DNA of 64,000 nt from an uncultured virus (IMG/VR IMGVR_UViG_3300036715_000919). Lineage: Duplodnaviria; Heunggongvirae; Uroviricota; Caudoviricetes. Every line of letters begins with the position of its first letter. Position 1 is the first letter of the stretch. This document shows positions 1 through 9,631 of this stretch, piece by piece. A program made the position numbers and the translations under genes. Below the pieces are notes generated by a model, which saw only the letters and a program-made list of their open reading frames with translations, was not told the origin of the DNA and made no database searches. The stretch is taken from the IMG/VR virus record IMGVR_UViG_3300036715_000919; one strand, written 5' to 3'.

Positions 1-396
1 TTCTTGTGTCCTATCAGTTCAATGCCCCTATCTAAGGTAATACTTAGGAGAATAGCCTGGCAACAGAGAGATGAATTGAGTGGTTGTTGTATTATAGGAA
101 TAGATTGAGTGCAAAGTAAAAAATTTCTAAAATTTTGAAAATATATTTTGAAGAAGTGTGTGTTGTTAACTGGTGGGACCACCTCCGTGAAGAGCCCCCT
201 ACTAAGTTTTGCGGGTGAAGGTGTCCGTCATCAGCAATTCAGCTAATCTGGTTGAGTTGTCTTCTTTGTTGCCAGTAATCAATACTGGATGAAAGCCAAT
301 AGAACATGGCAGCGTTAACCGGCTTCACGGTTGCCCTTTTTAATTCAACGCATCTTAACTTTAAACCTTTCGGTCATAGGTCAACCGAGTCATATT

Positions 397-954
397 ATGA
401 GCACACGCATCAACATCGACGCAGCAAGAGCAATTGCCATCATCAACAGCAGAACACCACTGTCACGTACACACGTAGGACAACAGGTGTTGCTCACTGT
501 ACAAGGCGCAGGAACATTTCAATCTGCTACACAGCAGGAAGCCAAGACTCCAGGCCAGAAGGCGTACTTCGACAAGTACATCCACAACCTGAAAGCCAAC
601 AGTACAGAGGCCATGAGCCGTCCAGAGAACAAAGCCATCTTCGCCGCAGCAATGAAAGCTGAAGCAGCAGGCAATGTGGATGAAGCATCTGAACTTTTCA
701 ATGAATACCTGAACAATGTACAGGTGAGCTTCAACGCCATCGCACGTCCGGGTGTACGCAAGTTCGAAGATGGAGACATGTGTACTGCACTTGTTGAAGA
801 GGCAGATACCAAGAGTGGCAACAGAGCCATCGTGGTGAACCAGGTGAAGTACAAGGCTCCAACAACTGTGGAGAAAGTGAAGTTCAGTATCACAGACCTG
901 TTGGGAGAAGAGGCACCAGTTGCCGTAGACAATGCAGCTGTAGTAACAGAGTAG
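397..954 (+). CDS. Hypothetical protein, first early gene (possible OB-fold/ssDNA-binding, acidic tail)
   Basis: Strongly coding-like codon usage from ATG 397 (MSTRINIDA...), beta-rich core and acidic C-terminus; function not recognised. Confidence 0.7.
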   Translation: MSTRINIDAARAIAIINSRTPLSRTHVGQQVLLTVQGAGTFQSATQQEAKTPGQKAYFDKYIHNLKANSTEAMSRPENKAIFAAAMKAEAAGNVDEASELFNEYLNNVQVSFNAIARPGVRKFEDGDMCTALVEEADTKSGNRAIVVNQVKYKAPTTVEKVKFSITDLLGEEAPVAVDNAAVVTE

Positions 955-1648
955 CATTCATCTGCTGTAGAGAATTGGAGGAGAAGTCGGTAATCCTTCA
1001 ATACACAGCAGGAGTCTTAACGTCAGGGCACACAGTCGAGAGATTGTGTGCTCTTTTTAACAGATCAATCGTTCAGGATAGATACACAGCGGGCTTCACA
1101 GAGATGTGGAGTCCATTTTTTCCAGGGTACGGAGTATACTACTCCTGCTGTAGAGAGTGAGAAGATGAGATCTGCTGGTGATCGAGAGGCGTGTCCTCAA
1201 TACACAGCAGGCAGGAGTGGTGCGGTAAGAGTTGGAACTGGTGCAGTACGCAATGAGAGGTGGTGCACTAACCCCTCTTTCTACGCAGCAGATGAATTTT
1301 TACTGGCCTCAGAATATACTAGTCAGAATTCCATACCTTAGTGAGATGAAACAAGAAGATGACAATGGGGTTGCACTGATCGGGATTGTCTGTGTATGGG
1401 TATTTGGAGCTTACGTGTTTGGTAGGGTAGTGCTGTGGTTAGTGAGCCTGATGTGAGGATCTATTTGAAATTTAATTTCAAGTGCTGATGCGTAAGTGAC
1501 TGAGTCTGTGGCTCTTCGAGCCTGGACCTACACATCCCTCTAACACCTATTCAATACTACCTCAGATACTACCCCACTATTCTCTCAACACATCTATCAC
1601 AGCTTCTATTCTTTCCCGTTATCCTACTATTCACTGAAACAGTAGCCG

Positions 1649-1690
1649 ATTTCACTACTAAATAGCACATTTGTAGTGAATTTCACTACT
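1649..1690. repeat. Iteron-like repeats ATTTCACTACT x2 plus an inverted copy (GTAGTGAA-T-TTCACTAC)
   Basis: Seen at 1649-1659 and 1680-1690, inverted copy at 1673-1680; another TTCACTACTA inside repL (~2147). Confidence 0.55.
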
Positions 1691-1704
1691 GGCAATTCAC
1701 AAAT

Positions 1705-2190
1705 TCAATCATTTAACTCCTTCTGTGTAACATACACGGTTTTTAGTTTTAACTTACGATCCTCAAACATAGTAAGTCTATTTCCTGCACAATAGAAACG
1801 TGGATTGTACCAAAATGAGTTATCCTTCTTATTTCTAATACTAATCACATCATGCCTGATAAGTTCGCGTATAGTATCTTCATACTTTCGTTTAGATACC
1901 TTCTCTGGATGTCGGAGTTCTTTTATCTTATCCAAAGAAAGAATCACATACTCATAAGAGTCATTGGTAAAATACTGAATAGTTAAGAACATATCTCTGG
2001 CATAAATTGTCATCTTTAAGATAACATCTCTATATTTCTTGGCAGTATACATCCTGGTATAATCCTCAGCTTCAGTTTCAAAGCCATAAAGTATTTTAGA
2101 ATTCTTACCTTTGATAGGTATAATATCAGTGACATTTTTAATATACTTCACTACTAAAGGAGCAGTGAATGGATTGGTTGGTTGATACAT
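1705..2190 (-). CDS. RepL-like (plasmid-type wHTH) replication initiator
   Basis: Motif 'IRELIRHDVI...FWYNPRFYCAGNR' matches the RepL C-terminal pattern; RepL-like genes are known near crAss-like genome ends; flanked by repeats. Confidence 0.6.
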   Translation of the reverse strand: MYQPTNPFTAPLVVKYIKNVTDIIPIKGKNSKILYGFETEAEDYTRMYTAKKYRDVILKMTIYARDMFLTIQYFTNDSYEYVILSLDKIKELRHPEKVSKRKYEDTIRELIRHDVISIRNKKDNSFWYNPRFYCAGNRLTMFEDRKLKLKTVYVTQKELND

Positions 2191-2375
2191 TTGAGTATGA
2201 TTTGAATAAAGGTATGTATTTTATGCAGTAATTCTACACGATTTAAAAAAGTGTGTAGAATCTCTGCATATCAAATCAGCTATAATGCACTGGTAGTAAG
2301 CATTTCAGAAATATCCTTCCCTAAATAGTACATTGAGGGAAGCCAACAATTATTATCACTTTCAATTACACTCCA

Positions 2376-2759
2376 ATGAGTAATCAAAATCCATTTGTAA
2401 CAGGAGAATATATTCCACCGGTAAATAAGGTGCCTCAAGACAGGGCAGATAAAATAACTAATGAAATACTTGAAACACTTACATCTGACCAGTTATTAAC
2501 TGTAATAGCCGAAGTAATTGGACCTTCCAGTAACAGTGTACTTGTAAGAGTACAAAGTTTAGAATATGGTGTAGTGGATGTATCTATAGATTTGAACATT
2601 ATATTCTTACTACTACTTAAAACAATCCCTTGCAACAATCGCAAACAAGTAGAAAAATTATTAATGGGAAATAAAGTTTGGCCAAATCATATCTACTTAT
2701 TCGATGAAGATGAGTCAATAGCTGAACCAGATTATCCACCAATGTGTGTGACAAGTTAG
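2376..2759 (+). CDS. Hypothetical protein
   Basis: 127-aa ORF with AT-rich leader, followed by a terminator. Confidence 0.6.
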   Translation: MSNQNPFVTGEYIPPVNKVPQDRADKITNEILETLTSDQLLTVIAEVIGPSSNSVLVRVQSLEYGVVDVSIDLNIIFLLLLKTIPCNNRKQVEKLLMGNKVWPNHIYLFDEDESIAEPDYPPMCVTS

Positions 2760-2783
2760 CACATTTTAAATATTTATAGTTTC

Positions 2784-2810
2784 AAGCCTCACCTAACCGT
2801 GGGGCTTTTT
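2784..2810 (+). terminator. Intrinsic terminator
   Basis: AAGCCTCAC-ctaacc-GTGGGGCTT hairpin followed by TTT. Confidence 0.7.
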
Positions 2811-3329
2811 CAATTCCATCCACTTAATTCCATAACAACTTAAATCAACTCCAATGAGCGCAATTATCAATGGCACACTCATGAGCACAACTGATGCTCA
2901 GAGCTGGGACTTTCAATAGTCCACTTAATTCACAACATCTGCTGGTCAATGAGTAGCAGATGTTTACCTTCACAATTCAATCAATTAACATAGGAGCAGA
3001 CAAACATTTAATATGGAAAAGAAACCACGTAAACCAATGATTAAAGCTATCCGCAAATGTCTCAGATGGAACCATGACTTCCAAAGCTGAAGCCTATTAA
3101 GACTCAACTCACAGGTACAAAGACACCTGTTATTGATATTGTTCTCAGGGGACAGATAATTACCCGGCTCTAACCTCTAATCCAAACGTCTTCCTATGAG
3201 CACTCCTTAATTACACGAATCTCTTAATTCTTAATGGTACAGGTACTCTGTATAAATGAATGTTCGCACACATCTGCCGTGAGTTACGGACTCCGGCAGA
3301 TATATTCCTCAAATTAAAAACCCCGCTAT

Positions 3330-3752
3330 ATGCAAAATCTATTCAACTGGGTTACCGCACACCCATACAAAGCCGGTACATTACTATGTGTAATGATCAT
3401 ATTCGCAGTATCAATGTGGTACTTCTTCGCCAGCAGAGCCATTCCCCTTGAAGAGGAACAATTAGATGACTATGAGTCACCCGAGCCTGCTGTGCAGAAA
3501 GAGAGGAACTACATCAATATACATGCAGGCTGCTTAGGCACATGCTGTGTGGTTTATGAATATACGCCTGGGATTCCTACATTGAGTGGGCATCCTATTC
3601 GATTTGGAGAGATCAATCTGATCAGGGTAAAACTGTCTTTTGGACTCACATCCAGTGAGGACATTCTTCCCCTGCTTACATTTCATCAAAGAGATTTGTT
3701 AGCTCAGAGTGTTTATAAAGAACATGAATTAAGAGCATTATTACAGAATTAA
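3330..3752 (+). CDS. Hypothetical membrane-anchored protein
   Basis: N-terminal hydrophobic helix (LLCVMIIFAVSMWYFF). Confidence 0.6.
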   Translation: MQNLFNWVTAHPYKAGTLLCVMIIFAVSMWYFFASRAIPLEEEQLDDYESPEPAVQKERNYINIHAGCLGTCCVVYEYTPGIPTLSGHPIRFGEINLIRVKLSFGLTSSEDILPLLTFHQRDLLAQSVYKEHELRALLQN

Positions 3753-3896
3753 TTTACTAACCCAGTAAACCGGAGAGAGGGATCGTAGCCTGATAGGATA
3801 TGTGAAAAAGTGATGTGAGTAAATGTATCCGAGGGATAGGATTTTGTGGAGGCACCACAGTCCCTCTCTCTCTTTCGGTTTTTAAAACTTAATGAC

Positions 3897-4211
3897 ATGC
3901 TAACTAATGAACAAAAGATTGAAGCTTATAAGTATGTGCTTGAATGTCTGGCAGATGATAGAAATCTGAAAGAATACTCCGGTATCTGCTGGTATTTAAA
4001 AAAATGAGTGAATGGCAGTACCGACTATATTATACATGATTTTTTAAGACTTCCAGAATTCTTTCCTGAGTTTTTTATATTACCTCAAGTAAGAAATCTA
4101 TTTGAATTCTGGTGGCCGAAAACAGAAGAAGGTTACCAGGAACGTGTAAAAGCTATTAATTCAATTCTTAAAACTCTTAAATCCACAGCAGATGTCGCAA
4201 TTATTAAGTAA
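3897..4211 (+). pseudogene. Paralog-family small protein with in-frame TGA at 4005-4007
   Basis: MLTNEQKIEAY...GICWYLKK*VNG...FPEFF...FWWP is one frame from ATG 3897 and aligns by eye with 4192..4485 and 4975..5274. Confidence 0.6.
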
Positions 4212-4485
4212 AGAAGAAAGACTTGCTGCCTATGAGAAGGCACTGGCTTGGTATACAGCAGATGAACAGAACAATACTGGACTGTGTGTTGTTTTAGGAA
4301 GATCTCATTGGAGAAATTTTATGGATTCTCCACTAACATACTGGTATAATATGGAAGAGTACTTTCCAGAAATATTTATTCAGGGACATCCTTACCCTCA
4401 TAATACAAGCTATGAAAAGACAAGAAATAGACGTATTTTCTGGCTTGAAAATGCAATAATGCAATTAACACAACCTATAAATTAA
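4192..4485 (+). CDS. Hypothetical protein (paralog family 'L..E.R..AY...GLC...FPE...R...LE')
   Basis: Shared motifs with neighbouring ORFs. Confidence 0.6.
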   Translation: MSQLLSKEERLAAYEKALAWYTADEQNNTGLCVVLGRSHWRNFMDSPLTYWYNMEEYFPEIFIQGHPYPHNTSYEKTRNRRIFWLENAIMQLTQPIN

Positions 4486-4486
4486 T

Positions 4487-4774
4487 ATGGCTAGAGGACC
4501 CGTTGGGCATACATGCCCTGATATTGATGCAGTGATAAATGGTATTTCATACGCTATGAGTGATTTGAGAGGACTTGAATCTATTTTAGAGAGTTTACGT
4601 AGTGACAACGATGCATTACGTACTTGGGGATCTGAATGGGAAAATAAGGCCAATGATACAATTAGTGATCTACAATCAGACTTAAAAGATGCCAAAGAAC
4701 AAATAGAATCACTCAAAACAAAACATGATGAACTCAAGGAAGAGCTTGAACGTCACAAATTATCTAATTACTAA
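4487..4774 (+). CDS. Coiled-coil hypothetical protein (HTCPDID...LRxWG)
   Basis: Heptad pattern; tightly packed operon. Confidence 0.65.
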   Translation: MARGPVGHTCPDIDAVINGISYAMSDLRGLESILESLRSDNDALRTWGSEWENKANDTISDLQSDLKDAKEQIESLKTKHDELKEELERHKLSNY

Positions 4775-4974
4775 ATCAATTAACATGATAACAGGAACAA
4801 TCTTAAAGAATGGAGTGATCAAACTGTTCCTCACGGGAACAGACTCCATTGATGAGGCCATACTCAAGGAGTTGAATGGTGCTCATTGCAAATTAGTCAC
4901 GGAAAATTTCAGGCTTGGAGATAAAAGTATCACTGGTGCACTTATCATTGAAAAGCCTGTGAACGGAACTGGAA

Positions 4975-5274
4975 ATGATTCTTCATTTAAAACTGCTGAA
5001 TAATATGATACTAACTAATAAACAAAAGAAAGCTGCCTATCAATTTACTATAAATGAGCTTAATCGTGGGTATAAAAGTGTATGTGGGAGACTGCAAACT
5101 TGGTTAAATATCAATTTACAGTTGCACTTTAATACTTGCGCAGAAGTTCTTAACTGCTTTCCAGAGTTTTTAGTGTTAAAACCTAAAGATACATACATAG
5201 ATGGCTTTTGGTGGCCAAGTATTGATAAAAAAATTAGAATTAAGCATCTTGAATCAATTATCTCAAATCTTTAA
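4975..5274 (+). CDS. Hypothetical protein (paralog family; likely start at internal MILTNKQ)
   Basis: 'LTNKQKKAAY...VC..L..W...FPEF...FWWP...R' motifs. Confidence 0.6.
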   Translation: MILHLKLLNNMILTNKQKKAAYQFTINELNRGYKSVCGRLQTWLNINLQLHFNTCAEVLNCFPEFLVLKPKDTYIDGFWWPSIDKKIRIKHLESIISNL

Positions 5275-5276
5275 TC

Positions 5277-5714
5277 ATGGAAAGCAGAATATCATCGGAA
5301 CATGTGTACGACTATTTGCTGAGCGGTAGAGTACACGCCAACTTCTACAATATACTTACTAACAATCAGCTTCACGTCAACATCAACCGTAAAAATGCAA
5401 GCCTGGTGTGGTATGTGTACGCTGTGGATAAAAGTTACCTTGGGTACATTCGTGGAGATGTGTTTATCTGGGCAACACCAGGCAGTGGATTCGTATCATC
5501 AAACGGTAAGCTTGCAATGCAGAGATTTAGCTGGATCTGGAAACAGATTGTGGCTAAAACTATACCTGATACTATGTACATATTACATGATGGTAGCTGT
5601 GGACATTGCGGTCGTACACTGTCAGACGCGACAAGTCTCAAGGTTGGCATTGGCCCATCATGCAGGAAGAAACTTGGAATCGTATATTCATCACAAACTC
5701 AACTTGAACTTTAA
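5277..5714 (+). CDS. DUF6011-like zinc-finger protein
   Basis: C-terminal 'CGHCGRTLSDATSLKVGIGPSC' is the DUF6011 signature. Confidence 0.75.
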   Translation: MESRISSEHVYDYLLSGRVHANFYNILTNNQLHVNINRKNASLVWYVYAVDKSYLGYIRGDVFIWATPGSGFVSSNGKLAMQRFSWIWKQIVAKTIPDTMYILHDGSCGHCGRTLSDATSLKVGIGPSCRKKLGIVYSSQTQLEL

Positions 5715-5716
5715 TA

Positions 5717-6070
5717 ATGGAACTGATACCAGCAGATGATACTATCAAATCCGAAGTAGTTATTCCTGCAAAGACAGAACATAAGTTCATCGGTACGCTT
5801 ACACCACATCCAGGGCACACCTGTTATCAGTTCAATCTTATAACTAAGAAGATTACGCTTGCTGTATTTGAAACAACCACTTCTAATCTGAGTGGAAAAA
5901 ACGGGCGTAAGCTTATCGTTCAACCTGACTGCATCTACTGTACTGCGTTGAATCCGAAGAATGCTATCAAGAGATTTTTCAAGATGCTGCAACTGAATGC
6001 GGCTATTCAAATGATTAAACCTAAAACCGATGAGAAAGATCTTAATCTCAGTAAAACAGAAACTCAATAA
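5717..6070 (+). CDS. Hypothetical protein
   Basis: Operon-packed ORF. Confidence 0.6.
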   Translation: MELIPADDTIKSEVVIPAKTEHKFIGTLTPHPGHTCYQFNLITKKITLAVFETTTSNLSGKNGRKLIVQPDCIYCTALNPKNAIKRFFKMLQLNAAIQMIKPKTDEKDLNLSKTETQ

Positions 6071-6536
6071 TGCTATTCAACGTAGTATATTGGTGAATTG
6101 TCCTCAAGGGCATCATGATTGGGGATTCTCCGTACAAGATAGGTGGAATAAGCCTAAAACAAGAAAAATAGCTAAGGTTCAAAGGATTTGCTATGAGTGC
6201 ATTCGAATTAGACAACGAAATAAAATGACTCGGGAAAAAGCCAAGGTGAAAAATGCCAGAGATAATAAAATTCGTAACCTTAAAATGAAAAGAGATCCTG
6301 AATATGCTCAAAAAATACGAACTTCATTTGTCAGAAGAAGTACTAATGCATGTAAAATTTTAAATGATGGTTATATCAGACAATACATAAGGAAAACTTT
6401 TGCTGAGAAGAGTTTAAAAGCTTTAGAGATACCAGATCAACTGGTGGAGATTACCAGATATTATTTACAACTAAATAGAACCTTTAATGACAAAAGCACA
6501 ATTAATAGGGAAGTCACAAGCCCAACACATCCGTGA
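6030..6536 (+). CDS. Basic hypothetical protein, Cys/His (Zn?) N-terminus
   Basis: CPQGH...CYEC and a Lys/Arg-rich helix. Confidence 0.55.
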   Translation: MRKILISVKQKLNNAIQRSILVNCPQGHHDWGFSVQDRWNKPKTRKIAKVQRICYECIRIRQRNKMTREKAKVKNARDNKIRNLKMKRDPEYAQKIRTSFVRRSTNACKILNDGYIRQYIRKTFAEKSLKALEIPDQLVEITRYYLQLNRTFNDKSTINREVTSPTHP

Positions 6537-6714
6537 AGTTTCATACCAAGATGGAATGAAGTATAGAGAACTGGCTTTGAAAACTGGAAGTAAAGATCAT
6601 GCAATGTTTGCGATTTTAAATTTCAGAATTTGGATTCGAGCTGCTGTAATAGATCTTATTGAGACTAAACAGTTAGCTTCTGGTACAGTGAAACCAATCA
6701 AACAATTAAAATGA
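6487..6714 (+). CDS. Hypothetical protein
   Basis: Overlapping operon ORF. Confidence 0.5.
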   Translation: MTKAQLIGKSQAQHIREVSYQDGMKYRELALKTGSKDHAMFAILNFRIWIRAAVIDLIETKQLASGTVKPIKQLK

Positions 6715-6920
6715 ACTGGAATCTATTTAATCCCACCGGCGTAACGGGAGGAGATGATGAAGATCTCCTCTACAGATCCGAAATCACTGGTCCACAGGGT
6801 GCCAGATATGAATTACTACGGGAGAAAACTCACATCCATGCTGACGTGGAAAAAGCTAAAAGGTATTTAAGAAGAAACTTTGATGTAGTGAGTATCCAAA
6901 TAATTCATGAAACTGATTAA
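6711..6920 (+). CDS. Hypothetical protein
   Basis: ATGA overlap with the upstream ORF. Confidence 0.55.
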   Translation: MNWNLFNPTGVTGGDDEDLLYRSEITGPQGARYELLREKTHIHADVEKAKRYLRRNFDVVSIQIIHETD

Positions 6921-6940
6921 CTTTGTAAATCAATCACAAC

Positions 6941-7570
6941 TCTGCGGGTAGGTGGATAACAAGATACCGGCCCCCATGCCAGGCTCACTGAAAGCAGTTT
7001 AAAATGTATCCATGATTGAATTTGTTGCAATGAGCCATGCTTTTACCTACGAAGACTAAGCAAACCTCAAGTGTCTGGGATGCTAAAACCTACCCAGTTA
7101 AACTATGAGTTTAGCTTAGCCAGTGGTTTTAAGACCAGTGTTCAAGGTGATGATGCCAGTACTATTGAGTTATCCCCTTAGATCAGAAATGAACCTATCG
7201 TAAAGGGCATACTTCACTTTATCCTGATTGAAGTTATCGTAAGATGGAGGTCAAAATGAGTTCTTTAAGGAGCAGTACCATATATGTAAGTGGTACGTCC
7301 CGGTAACGGCACAAACTGGAGCCGAAAGCAAAGTCGAGCATACCTCTTTGGATATGAGCAATCATTGAGAAAGTCGCTAAGCCTCGATCGGGTGCCCAAC
7401 GTTAGGGCCGCATGTACAAGAACGACGTAAGAGATTGGTGGATGTTAGTAGAAAACCGAGGCTGGCCAGCCGGAGTATCAAAAACATACACCTGCAAAAC
7501 GGGTGAGATCCGTACGTTGGTGAAAACTCTCTCAATGCCCGGTGTCCCAGTGATGGGTATCCGGGCACTA
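6941..7570 (+). ncRNA. Large structured noncoding RNA candidate (GOLLD/ROOL-like size and style)
   Basis: GC-richer gap without a credible ORF; many nested stems and GNRA-type loops; TAACTTTG -7 element at 6918-6925; strong terminal hairpin 7536-7568. Confidence 0.6.
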
Positions 7571-7855
7571 ACCACACACTTACTGTTCAAATCACACGTA
7601 AATTGGAAATTATCGTCCTTAATGTCACACCTATGCCATTCAGAAAAGCAATTGAAAGAGCACTTACTGAAATTCACCAAGTTCAAGCACTCAACATACA
7701 AGCCGCATAGAAATTCATCAATGCACGCAGACATCTTGAGGAGTTGTTTGCAAACGTTCAACCTCGCAGATCTCCTAATGTTTTGACGGATACGGAGATC
7801 ACTCGGCCTCTGGAGAAGAAGCTAAAGAGATAATTTATTCACCATTTAATTAACA

Positions 7856-8347
7856 TTGATGCAAACATTATTAAAATCTCACAATGCTTGTGAGGAGGCC
7901 AGAGAATGGGCCCTAAATAAATCCTGGAAACAAATCTTTAAAACTTGTCATAGAGGAGATTGGTTTCTATGGCTATTTAAAAAGACTAATCCAAATGACT
8001 TACAGTTACTGACTTTAGCAAAAGGACATTGCGCTAATACTGTTAGACATCTAATGAAAGATGCTCGAAGTATTAAAGCTGTTGATATTTCTATTGGTTT
8101 TGGGGAAGGTAAAAATACAAGAGAAGAACTTAGTGCTGCTGGTGCTGATGCTTATGCTGCTTATGCTGGTGCTGATGCTTATGCTGGTGCTGATGCTTAT
8201 GCTGCTTATGCTGCTGCTTATGCTGCTGATGCTTATGCTGCTATTTCTAATAGAGTAAATACTATGAAAGCCAATCAACTTTTAACAGCAAATATCTGTC
8301 GGCAATATTTACCGTTAGAAGTTTGGAACATACCTCAGGACTTATAA
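7856..8347 (+). CDS. Phage protein with Ala/Tyr/Asp low-complexity repeat
   Basis: 'ACEEAREWA...CHRGDWFLWL' followed by (AYA/ADA/AGA)n encoded by gct-rich tandem units ~8134-8242. Confidence 0.7.
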   Translation: MMQTLLKSHNACEEAREWALNKSWKQIFKTCHRGDWFLWLFKKTNPNDLQLLTLAKGHCANTVRHLMKDARSIKAVDISIGFGEGKNTREELSAAGADAYAAYAGADAYAGADAYAAYAAAYAADAYAAISNRVNTMKANQLLTANICRQYLPLEVWNIPQDL

Positions 8348-8419
8348 TCTATAATAGACGATAAGTTTTCTATAGAGGAGACCAAGAAAATAATTTACTT
8401 AATACTTAATTAACAATTA

Positions 8420-9631
8420 ATGGAATTTCCAACACTATACAAACGCACTAAGACAGGTGCGATACAACAATGGTCTGTCTTTGTCACAATTGGTTTAGCG
8501 GGAGCAATTATTATTAAAAGAGCAGGTCAACTTAATGGTACACTTACTGAACACAGAGAAGTAATATCTGTAGGTAAGAACATAGGTAAGAGTAATGAAA
8601 CCACTCCTTTACAGCAGGCAGAAGCACAGGCTCAATCTGACTGGACAAAAAAACATGATGAAGGATATAAGAGTTTAAATGATTTGGACATTGTATTATG
8701 TACTGATAAAATTCATTTTCCAGGATTGTATATGTATCCAGGATGTGGTATTATGTTTATGAATTTGGAGTATTCATTGAATCAAACTTTACCAAAATTT
8801 AATTCGGATGCTGCTGGAAATGCAAAACCGATGCTCGCGAAGCCCGTAGACTGGAAGAAGGTTACATACCCATGCTATGTGCAACCAAAACTGGATGGTG
8901 TACGGTGTTTGATGATTGTGAAATCATATCATCTTACAGCGGATATAACTTTTCTAAGTCGGAGTGGTAAAGAGTATACAACACTTAATCACATTAAAGA
9001 TGATGTTCTCAATTATATCGCCGGTAGTGAGCAAGAGTTTATTTTGGACGGGGAGATATATTCAGAAAATCTAAGTTTCCAGGAAATTGTATCTGCTGTA
9101 AAGAAGCAACGACCGGAGTCACTAAAACTTCACTTTCGTGCCTACGACATTGTAAATGATAAGAAGCAACATCAGCGCATTGAACAGGTTCGTGAATTAA
9201 TTGATCTAATTGATTCAAAGTATATCCAGTATGTAATCACAATTACAGCTGCTGTTAAAGATGATGTCACTCATCACCATGATAAGTGGGTATCTGAAGG
9301 AAATGAAGGCGCTATGATCAGACACTACAATGGTATCTATGGACAAGGCCAACGTTCATCTGACTTACTGAAAGTGAAAGAATTTGATGAGACTGAGTTT
9401 GAGTTCAAGTGTTTTGAACAAGGACAACGTGAAGAAGATCTCATTGCTGTATGTGAAACTCTTGAGAAGAAAGAGTTCCGTGCAAAGATGATTGGTAACA
9501 AACTATCTAAAGCTACAATGCAAACTGAGTGTGGTGAGCTTCTGGGTACTCAACTTACAGTGAAACATTTCGGTTGGACTACTGATGGTCTCCCACGTTT
9601 CCCGATTGGTAAATCATTTCGTGACTATTAA
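8420..9631 (+). CDS. ATP-dependent DNA ligase
   Basis: Motif I QPKLDGVR, LDGEIY, EGAMIR, LLKVK and C-terminal GLPRFP. Confidence 0.95.
   Translation: MEFPTLYKRTKTGAIQQWSVFVTIGLAGAIIIKRAGQLNGTLTEHREVISVGKNIGKSNETTPLQQAEAQAQSDWTKKHDEGYKSLNDLDIVLCTDKIHFPGLYMYPGCGIMFMNLEYSLNQTLPKFNSDAAGNAKPMLAKPVDWKKVTYPCYVQPKLDGVRCLMIVKSYHLTADITFLSRSGKEYTTLNHIKDDVLNYIAGSEQEFILDGEIYSENLSFQEIVSAVKKQRPESLKLHFRAYDIVNDKKQHQRIEQVRELIDLIDSKYIQYVITITAAVKDDVTHHHDKWVSEGNEGAMIRHYNGIYGQGQRSSDLLKVKEFDETEFEFKCFEQGQREEDLIAVCETLEKKEFRAKMIGNKLSKATMQTECGELLGTQLTVKHFGWTTDGLPRFPIGKSFRDY

Noticed and set aside
7377..7786. ORFs overlapping the large RNA candidate
   Set aside because: They have atypical composition and no motifs; base-pairing explains the sequence better.
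8051..8278. Ser/Ile- and Leu/Met-rich ORFs
   Set aside because: These are alternative-frame shadows of the Ala-rich repeat in 7856..8347.
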